NCBI GenBank assembly: GCA_963783645.1
Contig: CAWAOH010000014.1
Location: 66,236-130,235, forward strand
Direction of reading: 5' to 3'
DNA: 64,000 bases
Origin: Candidatus Bathyarchaeota archaeon
GTDB lineage: Archaea > Thermoproteota > Bathyarchaeia > 40CM-2-53-6
Shown here: piece after piece, positions 56,173-64,000 of the stretch
Numbering within the stretch: the stretch's first letter is position 1
Layout: each line of letters starts with the position of its first letter
Translations under genes and position numbers: made by a program
The notes under the pieces: generated by a model
Told to the model about the DNA's origin: nothing
The model's database searches: none
The model's input: only the letters and a program-made list of their open reading frames with translations

Positions 56173-57801
56173 ATGGGAAAATGGATAGTAAATGCTGCTT
56201 GGCCATATGTGAATTCTGTGCCACACCTAGGGACGTTCATCCACCTACTGAGCGCGGACGTTTATGCTCGATATCTCCGCCTCAAAGGAGAAGAAGTAAT
56301 CGCAGTAACAGGCTCAGATGAGCATGGAACACCAATTGAGGTAGAAGCCATAAAACGAGGCATACCACCAAAAGAACTTACAGACGAGATACATAGTGAA
56401 ATTTGTAGACTGTTGCAGGCGTATAACATCCATCTCGACAATTACACTAGGACGGAGAGCCCCGTGCACATTCGATTCACGCAAGATCTATACCGTAAGG
56501 TGTACGACAATGGATACGTATACACGCAAACCGTGAACCTTCCCTATTGTGAAAAGGACCAGCGCTTTCTTCCCGACCGTTTCGTTGAAGGAAAATGCCC
56601 TCACTGCATGTTTGAGGCTCGCGGCGATCAATGTGATTCGTGCGGTCGAGTCCTTGACCCGCTCGAATTAATCACGCCCAAATGTGTATTCTGCGGATCG
56701 GCTCCAATCATAAAGTCATCTACACACTGGTTCTTTGATCTACCCAAGTTCCGAGACAAATTGCTTTCATGGTTGAATGCTAATCAACAGCTCCCGGAAA
56801 ATGCGCGGAATTTCTCTCTTAAATGGCTAGAAGAGGGCTTGAAACCTCGGGCCTTGACAAGGGATAACAAGTGGGGAATCCCGGCTCCCTTTCCTGGAGC
56901 TGATGGAAAAATAATCTATGTCTGGTTCGAAGCTGTGCTCGGATACGTATCTGCCTCCATCGAATGGGCACAGAATGTTGGCAAGAAAGATAAATGGAAG
57001 GACTTTTGGTTCGACAGTTCGACGCGCAATATCCATTTTATCGGAAAAGACAACATACCTTTCCACGTGATCATTTTCCCTGCTCTCCTTTTGGCCACTC
57101 GTGAGAATTACGTGTTACCTTGGCAAGTAGCCTCCACAGAGTTCATTCTTTTCGATGGACAGAAGTACTCAAAGAGCAAGAAGATAGGGATCTGGATGGA
57201 TGACGCGCTCAAAGTTGCACCTGGAGAATACTGGCGTTACGTACTAATGGCAATCAGACCGGAATTACGCGACGCTAACTTCACATGGCGTGATTTCGAA
57301 ATGCACGTAAACAGTGAACTTAACGATGTTCTTGGAAACTTCATTCACCGCACGCTAGTATTCATAAGTAACAACTTCGAGACGAAAATTCCTGAGCCCG
57401 GCGCTTTTGACGACAAGGACGAGAAGTTCAAGCAGCGGATCGCCGACGCTCCTACAAATATCGCCGCGTTACTCGATCATTTTCAACTTAAGAATGCTCT
57501 AGCTAGCATAATCGAACTAGCCCGGACTGGCAACCAGTACTTGAGTGAACGCGAACCTTGGCATCTCATTAAGGTAGATAGAGAGAAAACCGCAACCACA
57601 CTATTCCTTGCCTCACAACTGGTCCGTTCCTTAGGAATACTCATCGCACCGTATTTGCCTGAAACGGCTGAGCGAATAAGCGACCAATTAGGCATTACTC
57701 GAAACATACAATGGACTGACGCAGGAAGGCTTGACCTCGAACCAGGCCACCGAATAAATCAGCCAGAACCCCTATTTCACAAAGTAACGGTCCCGAAATG
57801 A
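56173..57801 (+). CDS. metG: Methionyl-tRNA synthetase
   Basis: AWPYVNSVPHLGTFIH (HIGH-type), CPHC...CDSCG knuckles and YSKSKKIG (KMSKS). The likely start is the ATG at 56173 within ORF 56143..57801. Confidence 0.93.
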   Translation: MGKWIVNAAWPYVNSVPHLGTFIHLLSADVYARYLRLKGEEVIAVTGSDEHGTPIEVEAIKRGIPPKELTDEIHSEICRLLQAYNIHLDNYTRTESPVHIRFTQDLYRKVYDNGYVYTQTVNLPYCEKDQRFLPDRFVEGKCPHCMFEARGDQCDSCGRVLDPLELITPKCVFCGSAPIIKSSTHWFFDLPKFRDKLLSWLNANQQLPENARNFSLKWLEEGLKPRALTRDNKWGIPAPFPGADGKIIYVWFEAVLGYVSASIEWAQNVGKKDKWKDFWFDSSTRNIHFIGKDNIPFHVIIFPALLLATRENYVLPWQVASTEFILFDGQKYSKSKKIGIWMDDALKVAPGEYWRYVLMAIRPELRDANFTWRDFEMHVNSELNDVLGNFIHRTLVFISNNFETKIPEPGAFDDKDEKFKQRIADAPTNIAALLDHFQLKNALASIIELARTGNQYLSEREPWHLIKVDREKTATTLFLASQLVRSLGILIAPYLPETAERISDQLGITRNIQWTDAGRLDLEPGHRINQPEPLFHKVTVPK

Positions 57802-57816
57802 TGGTGTGAGATTGGA

Positions 57817-58446
57817 TTGCCGCTCTTGAAGCTCGATATGCACGTGCACACTGAAGGCTCTCCGGATGCACATACTAGGATCAGAGACCTACCAGAGATC
57901 ATCGTGTCGAAGGGTCTGGATGGTGTAGCGATCACTGAACACGATCATTTCGATCCACCTGAGTTCGACAACGTAATTATTCTCCCAGGAGTTGAGATCA
58001 CTTCTGCTGAAGGTCATATTATCGCACTTGGAGTACGTGAGATAGTTCCGCAGAAACTCTCCGCAGACGAGACAATTCAAAAGATCCATGGTCAAGAAGG
58101 GGTTGCCATTATCCCACATCCCTATGATCCTGTGTGTGAATGCGTTAAAATTGCTAATCTCAGAGCTAAGCCCGATGCTGTGGAGACTATGAATGCCGAC
58201 GCGCTTTCTTTTAGTATCTCGAATTATCTGGCAAGAAAAGACGCTCGGAAATTCGGCCTTCCAGAAGTGGGAGGTAGTGATTCACACATTCCTCAATCAA
58301 TAGGTGATTGCTATACTCTGATAGACTCTCCCAGTCGTGCTGTTGACGACATCTTATCTGCTATTCGCGCAGGAAAGACTCATCCAGTGGGACGCGCAAC
58401 CTCGATGATGAACAAGTGGCGGAAGCTCAGCTACAAATTCAAGTGA
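57817..58446 (+). CDS. PHP-domain metal-dependent phosphoesterase
   Basis: 209 aa. LDMHVHTEGSPDAH...ITEHDH...IIPHPYD...GGSDSH. Confidence 0.85.
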   Translation: MPLLKLDMHVHTEGSPDAHTRIRDLPEIIVSKGLDGVAITEHDHFDPPEFDNVIILPGVEITSAEGHIIALGVREIVPQKLSADETIQKIHGQEGVAIIPHPYDPVCECVKIANLRAKPDAVETMNADALSFSISNYLARKDARKFGLPEVGGSDSHIPQSIGDCYTLIDSPSRAVDDILSAIRAGKTHPVGRATSMMNKWRKLSYKFK

Positions 58447-58463
58447 CAATAACGGTTCTCGTG

Positions 58464-59357
58464 CTATTCTATTTGGTCGAGTTCTAAGGTGATCATCATT
58501 TCGTTATCAATACTGGATTCAGGTTCGAGATCATCGATGTCAATGGAAAGGTTTCTTGATGACGATGATGAGTACGGGAAAGCTATCCCAGTTACAAGGA
58601 GGCAAACACTGGCTTGAGCAGCTTCTTTACAGTTAGAGCAAATAATCGCATTGGCAGGGGTTAGGGATTTTGATATCCACTTCGAGGCGCACGTCAGAGT
58701 CTTTCTGTCAATTTCATTACGGCTCGATATATTGAGAAAGACATCTGGGTGTTGTGTGAATTCTGCAACCGGCAAAATCGCTCTTAACGCCTTGAGAATG
58801 GCCTCTTCGACGTTTCCACTGCATGATCTTGCTGAGCTCACTCTTGCTAATTGTCCTCGTTTTAACATACGTCTTAGAAACCTGTGACCTGAAGTATTTG
58901 CCAACCCTTCACAAATTTCGGAGATAACCTCAGGCAATCTTTGTGCGAGACCAACATTATCTGGTATTTCGACAGAATTTGCCATAATAACTGTGTCACA
59001 AAAATGAAGCATTAGTCGAAGATTTTCTGCTGCATTCCAGTTGCGAGACAGATCTGTTCCAGGCACAAGGCCGACCAGCAGAGAACCGTCTCTATTTGCC
59101 AGTTCAGCAGCTAACTGTACTATAGAAGGGCTACTCAAGTTCCAATCAATGAACACAATGTCTCGACCGCGTTCCGCTGCCTCTATTCCGAACTTTTCAA
59201 AAGCCGACTGACTCGTTAGATCAATGTTGGCATTCGAGAGACTGTACAGTACCCATTTATCCGTCTCAGCACTTACTGGCTCTCGCGATCCTGACACAGT
59301 CAACCGATCGATGGTGAACGTGCAGTCATACAAGGGAGATTGAGCGAGGCATCTCAA
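58464..59357 (-). CDS. Degenerate FtsZ/tubulin-like protein lacking GTP-binding signature loops
   Basis: 297 aa. Collinear with FtsZ: DIVFIDWNL--SSPSIVQLAAELANRDGSLLVGLVPGTDLSRNWNAAENLRLMLHFCDTVIMANS versus [37 protein letters not shown]..R...A..GL..L....DTLVVIPN, and C-terminal ASVCLLVTGI versus VRVTVIATG. The GGGTGS/TG, GGAGNN and GAGxxP loops are all absent. Confidence 0.6.
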   Translation of the reverse strand: MRCLAQSPLYDCTFTIDRLTVSGSREPVSAETDKWVLYSLSNANIDLTSQSAFEKFGIEAAERGRDIVFIDWNLSSPSIVQLAAELANRDGSLLVGLVPGTDLSRNWNAAENLRLMLHFCDTVIMANSVEIPDNVGLAQRLPEVISEICEGLANTSGHRFLRRMLKRGQLARVSSARSCSGNVEEAILKALRAILPVAEFTQHPDVFLNISSRNEIDRKTLTCASKWISKSLTPANAIICSNCKEAAQASVCLLVTGIAFPYSSSSSRNLSIDIDDLEPESSIDNEMMITLELDQIE

Positions 59358-59419
59358 TAGGAATGAAATAAGTTACTCCAATTACGCATGAATGAGATTA
59401 GAAATCACACGATATCGAG

Positions 59420-59704
59420 TTATCCTCCGCCCACGGGTGGAATTATCGCAAAGGTGCAGTCATGTGTGAGCGCCGTATCAAATCCTTTGAGGTTTGAAAT
59501 CAGGTTGTCGTCAACTAGAAATTGAAGATTTGGCCTTGGATGCTCAGTTTTTGGGTCAAATACGTAGTCCTTCAGCTGTGTATGTCGTGTCACGAGGATC
59601 TTCAGAAGGCCGAGTACGGTAGTTCCCTGGGTTAGATCGAGAACTTCTTCCCGCAGGTTGACCATTTCGCGAACTATGGCAAAATACTGAACCTTAACGT
59701 TCAT
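59420..59704 (-). CDS. MoaD/ThiS-family ubiquitin-like sulfur-carrier protein
   Basis: 94 aa. VKVQYFAIVREMV...DCTFAIIPPVGGG with a C-terminal Gly-Gly. The start overlaps the gcvPB stop by 4 nt. Confidence 0.85.
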   Translation of the reverse strand: MNVKVQYFAIVREMVNLREEVLDLTQGTTVLGLLKILVTRHTQLKDYVFDPKTEHPRPNLQFLVDDNLISNLKGFDTALTHDCTFAIIPPVGGG

Positions 59705-61188
59705 GTCCTTTCACCATTTTCCGACATCTTCCAAGTCAATTGCATCGTTTTGGGTCGACTTGCTCTAGCCTCATCAATACGGGTTACGCTTGTCGAGTGG
59801 GGACTCGTAACGAGGGCTTCTGACTTGGCGTAACACTCATCACTGATCGTCTGGAATGCCAGCACTACGGTGTCTAACTCCCGCTTGCTGACCGTCTCAG
59901 TCGGTTCAATCAACATAGCTTCCTCTACAATCATGGGGAAATAGATGGTAGGTGAGTGAACACCAAAGTCAAGAAGTCTCTTTCCGACCAGTAATGCAGA
60001 GATTCCGGTCTCTTTGAGCAGCTTCGATGCAGATATCACAAATTCGTGTTTTCGCGGTAACTTATCAGCATACGGTAATTCAAATCCCCTTATTTTGCGT
60101 AGTTTTGATGCTAGATAGTTGGAATTCAGCACGGCAATTTCTGAAGCGGTCTCAAGACCATCTCTTCCATGGAGAAGAATGTAGACATATGCTCGAAGGA
60201 TCACCGCTGCACTTCCATGATACGCTCTGACTTTCCCGATTGATTTTGGTCGGTTGTAGTCAAGGAAATACTTTGTGCCGTCAAATTCCACGATGGGCAC
60301 GGGGAGATAGTCGTTCAGAGACATCGTGACACCGACCGGACCTGCCCCAGGTCCACCCCCGCCATGTGGCGTACCAAATGTCTTGTGGAGATTTATGTGA
60401 ACTATGTCGAAACCCATGTCCCCTGGCTTTGCTTTTCCAAGAATGGCGTTCAGGTTTGCGCCATCGTAGTATAGGAGGCCTCCTGATTCATGTACGATAC
60501 CAGCTATCTCAAGGATTTCATGCTCGAAGATCCCGAGCGTGTTGGGGTTAGTGATCATTAGTCCCGCGGTTTTGGACCCAACCGCACTCTTCAGGGCCTC
60601 TTTGTCCACGCATCCATCTCTGGAAGGAACCTGTACGACTTTGTATCCCGCCATTGCTGCACTAGCAGGATTTGTACCGTGAGCAGAGTCGGGAACGATT
60701 ATTTCATCTCTGGACCTGTCGTTTCGGTCTGCATGATAAGCTTGCATAAGCATGACGCCAGTGTATTCACCATGAGCCCCTGCGGCGGGTTGAAGGGTAA
60801 TCTTATCGACTCCGACAATATCCGCAAGAAACACGGAAGTCTCGTACATTATCTGCAAGATTCCTTGAACGGTCTTAGGGTTTTGATATGGATGGATTTC
60901 CTGCATTTTGTGCGACGAAGCGATCAGATCACAGATCTTAGGATTGTATTTCATTGTGCAACTGCCAAGTGGATAGATGCCTAAGTCAACTCCATAATTC
61001 TGCTGTGAAAGACGCGTGTAGTGTCGGACAACGTCGATCTCAGCTAGGTCTGGAAGAGAGGGAGGCGCCCGCCGCCTAATTTTCTGTGGCGGAGCAAGCG
61101 TTTCGTTCACAACGTACTCAGGACTTGCACTTCGATGAGAAAGCTGAATGATTAAGGGTTCATCCCATCTGGCCTGAGCAAAAACCAC
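59701..61188 (-). CDS. gcvPB: Glycine dehydrogenase (aminomethyl-transferring) subunit 2
   Basis: 495 aa. YPLGSCTMKYNP...NLHKTFGTPHGGGGPG (PLP lysine region). Confidence 0.93.
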   Translation of the reverse strand: MVFAQARWDEPLIIQLSHRSASPEYVVNETLAPPQKIRRRAPPSLPDLAEIDVVRHYTRLSQQNYGVDLGIYPLGSCTMKYNPKICDLIASSHKMQEIHPYQNPKTVQGILQIMYETSVFLADIVGVDKITLQPAAGAHGEYTGVMLMQAYHADRNDRSRDEIIVPDSAHGTNPASAAMAGYKVVQVPSRDGCVDKEALKSAVGSKTAGLMITNPNTLGIFEHEILEIAGIVHESGGLLYYDGANLNAILGKAKPGDMGFDIVHINLHKTFGTPHGGGGPGAGPVGVTMSLNDYLPVPIVEFDGTKYFLDYNRPKSIGKVRAYHGSAAVILRAYVYILLHGRDGLETASEIAVLNSNYLASKLRKIRGFELPYADKLPRKHEFVISASKLLKETGISALLVGKRLLDFGVHSPTIYFPMIVEEAMLIEPTETVSKRELDTVVLAFQTISDECYAKSEALVTSPHSTSVTRIDEARASRPKTMQLTWKMSENGERT

Positions 61189-61190
61189 CC

Positions 61191-62587
61191 CTAGGTACCT
61201 CCCAAGATATGCTGGAGTTTGTCGGCTAGCATGTCAATGTCTTCATGAGAATGCACTTCCGTGAAACAATACAGCGCGGTCTGTCCAAGCTCCGGAAACA
61301 TTGTACTGAGATCCAATCCCCCTTGTATTCCGGCGTTCAAAAGCTCATCATTGACTTCCGAAATTTTCTTGCCTGTCCTATCGAAGTTGACGGCGAATTC
61401 CATGAAGTGGAAAGCGTCAAAGCAGGGGGCTCGTACGCCAAGCAATTCGCCCATTTTCTGCTGTGCGTACTGGGTACGTTCGGAAATGATAGTACATAAT
61501 TCTGTAAGTCCGACGGACCTAGAAGCGAGAGGTAGACAGAGGCTGCAATAGCCAGTAGGGCTTCGTTCGTGCATATATTCGATGTGGCCTTTTCCCGACG
61601 AATGTGCTGCTCCCTGGTTTGGAGGGCCATGCAGTAAGCCTCTTGTTTACCATCCAAGGTGGAGGTCCTTCCGATTATTCGTCCCGGCATCTGCCTGAGC
61701 AGTCCTTCGCTCTTGCAGGCAAAGATCCCCAGGAGTGGCCCTCCGAAGTTCATGTGATTGCCGAGTGGCTGGCCTTCGCCAATTACAATATCTGCCCCAA
61801 AGTCGCCTGGTGGTCGAAGCAATCCCAGGGATATTGGTTCCACTCCCACCACGAAGAGACTCCCTGCATGATGTGCGATTCTACCGATCTCTTCAACTTC
61901 TTCCTCGACGAATCCAAGGAAAGATGGGTATTCGATGTAGACTGCTGCTGTTCGCGATGAGATAATCTTCTTCAGATCAGACAGACTCATGGCACCTGTC
62001 TTCGGGTTCTGCAGCACCTTTTCGAGTTTGATTCCGGCAGGCTGAGCGAAGGTCTTCAAAGTTTGGATCCGTTCGGGATGGCCGTATTGTGGAACGATGA
62101 ATTCTTCACGTCCAGTCACCCGACTTGTCATTCTAGCTGCCTCGCCCAAAGCGGTAGACCAGTCGTATAGTGAACTGTTCGCGTACTCCATTGCAGTGAG
62201 TTCACAAATGAGACTTTGATACTCGAACATGGTCTGCAACATCCCTTGAGATATCTCCGGTTGATACGGCGTGTACGAGGTGAGGAATTCCCCTCGCGAA
62301 AGTATTGCATCCACCGCAGCCGGGACATAATGTGGCCAAACTCCAGCCCCCAGAAATGAGATTACTTCCTTTGTCGACAGATTCTTACTAAGAATACGCT
62401 CCACTTTGCGCCTTACTTCAGCTTCAGACATTCGAGATGGAATATTCAGCTTCGCTTTGGATCGGATCCCCTTCGGGATATCTGAAAAGAGCTCATCGAT
62501 TGACGCTATACCTATCTCCTGAAGCATTGTCTTGATCAGCAAGCGGTTGCTGTTGGGGATGTAGGAATGGATCTCCGTCATTCTCAT
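61191..62587 (-). CDS. gcvPA: Glycine dehydrogenase (aminomethyl-transferring) subunit 1, one frameshift
   Basis: ORF 61337..62587 (YIPNS...FLGAGVWPHYVPA...TSNICTNEALLA...SVYLSLLGP) continues in ORF 61191..61574 as GLTELCTIISERTQYAQQKMGELLGV... Junction at about 61515. Confidence 0.9.
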
Positions 62588-62673
62588 CCTTGGGCGAGTA
62601 GACTCAGTAGATATTATTCAGTTACGGTCCATGGCCAAACTAAATTAGTTCAATTGCGCATCAACCTTTCGGT

Positions 62674-63449
62674 GTGGATAGTTTGGCGAACCCAACCATT
62701 GAACCTTCGGCTTTCGTGGAGAAAAGCAAGCTCCTTGGAGCTAACAGTCGTGTCCGGGCTGGCGTCCGAATAGAGGGGGACGTGAAAACCGGGGAGAATG
62801 TGCTGATTGATTCAAACGCAATTATACTTGGCCCCGTGAGTATTGGGGATAGAACGTACGTAGGGTCAAATTGTGTGATTGGCCACCCTAGTGTCCCCGA
62901 ACTGACTGAACTACGGAAGGCGCATCGTTTCACATCAAAGGCTCAAACTGCAATTGGAAAGAACTGCGTGATTCGTTCGGGTAGCTCGATCTACTCCTCG
63001 GTGAGTGTAGGTAACGACGTGATTTTCGGTCATAACGTCATGTTACGTGAAGAAGTAACTGTAGGGAATAGAACCAAACTAGGGACAAATACGGTTATTG
63101 ACGGAAAGTCAAGAATTGGATCGAACGTTTCGATACAGACCGGAGTATACATCTGCACTTATTCAACTGTAGAAGACGGAGTTTTCCTAGGTCCATGTTG
63201 CGTATTTGCAAATGACAAGTATGTGGCTCAGAGAGAGTTCAAACTGATCGGACCAACTGTGAAGAAGGGAGCAAGCATCGGAGCAAACGCCGTTCTTTTT
63301 CCTGGAATCGTCGTTGGCGAAGGTGCTGTAGTAGGTTCGCAGGCGCTGGTGAATCACGATGTACCTCCGCGCAGCATTTGCGCGGTGTTCCGGCGAAGAA
63401 AATTCGGGATGTACCGGCAAACTGGCGTTCTTTGTTGCTACAAAGCTGA
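62674..63449 (+). CDS. Left-handed beta-helix (hexapeptide-repeat) acyl/acetyltransferase, frameshift near 3' end
   Basis: Repeated [LIV]-G-x4 hexapeptides throughout. After VPPRSI the expected tail RGVPAKKIRDVPANWRSLLLQS is in another frame (T-run 63377-63379), with its stop at 63447-63449. Confidence 0.85.
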
Positions 63450-63476
63450 GGGAATGCCCGCCAGAATGGATAAATA

Positions 63477-64000
63477 TTGAACGTCGTATTGACGGGGCAG
63501 CCCAATTCAAATACCGATGAAAGCGGAGCCGAGCTGAGGTTGAAAATCAAACTGTTAGTTTTTTGCCTATTGGTAGCGCTTATTTTGGGAATTGCAGCTC
63601 CGCTGCATGTGTCAGGTGCGGCTTCCCCAGCTGCTGTGCCCTTGGGAATTGAGATCCAAAGGACGATTACAACGGGGCCTTTTGGAGTTGTCCACGTCAC
63701 AGACACGTTTACTGTAACGAATGATGGAACAGTCTCAGCGTCTTCTCTGGACTTCGGATTCCTCAAGAAATATCGGAACGACTTCTATTATGTCGACGCG
63801 AAGGATAATCTGGGTCGAGTCCTGACTATTGACGCCGAATGTCAATTCGACGTCGGACTTTTACTGGTTACGAGTCCACTTTGCGCAGGAACTGGGCTCT
63901 AACAAGACCTACAAATTCACCGTAGCGTCTGTTTTCGACAATCTCATCACGCCGGTCGGAACAGGGTTCGAATTCAACTTTACAGCTGCTCCCGTGCTCA
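63477..64000 (+). CDS. Secreted/membrane-anchored beta-rich protein (3'-partial, one frameshift)
   Basis: A signal-anchor helix (LLVFCLLVALILGIAAPLHV), then IEIQRTITTGPFGVVHVTDTFTVTNDGTVSASSLDFGF... A frame change at about 63826-63842 leads into NVNSTSDFYWLRVHFAQELGSNKTYKFTVASVFDNLITPVG, which stays open to the window end. Confidence 0.6.

Overview
Gene-dense archaeal chromosomal window with moderate GC (not computed). It carries mostly housekeeping genes. Archaeal markers are Topo VI A/B, aIF-1A, aIF-2beta, RIO1 kinase, KEOPS Cgi121, Sua5/YrdC, ABCE1, SRP19, ribosomal protein S8e, A-type ATPase subunit I and a GPN-loop GTPase. Two multi-intron tRNA genes and a degenerate FtsZ-like gene suggest a TACK-type (Thaumarchaeota/Aigarchaeota-like) lineage, but the sequence alone cannot prove this. 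Recognisable units are an smc-scpA-scpB operon, a four-subunit 2-oxoacid:ferredoxin oxidoreductase operon led by a ferritin-like gene, hypC/hypB/hypA, gcvPA-gcvPB followed by a MoaD-like gene, top6B-top6A, and a surface-glycoprotein/GT2 cluster. No CRISPR array, rRNA gene or intact transposase was found. Four points stand out. (1) At least 15 conserved genes are broken by about 24 single-nucleotide indels or in-frame stops, including ABCE1, SMC, ScpB, S8e and GcvPA. S8e is invisible in the ORF track because of this. The lesions are very unevenly distributed, with a hotspot at 7.95-9.65 kb. Consensus error is the most economical explanation, and real decay is possible at the hotspot. (2) About 4.8 kb of almost ORF-free DNA (49.3-54.1 kb) splits the normally contiguous archaeal aIF1A-RIO1-KH cluster. 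It holds an integrase-N-terminal-like fragment, a C2H2 zinc-finger ORF and a broken Ig-like surface gene, so it is probably a decayed integrated element. (3) There is an FtsZ/tubulin-like protein with no GTP-binding loops, a 4xCBS protein with an HPF/YfiA-like C-terminal domain, and an unknown protein translationally coupled to hypC. (4) tRNA-Phe has three introns and tRNA-Thr has two. The tRNA-Phe acceptor-stem sequence is duplicated in its leader and trailer. Indel positions that I derived by hand are approximate (a few nt).
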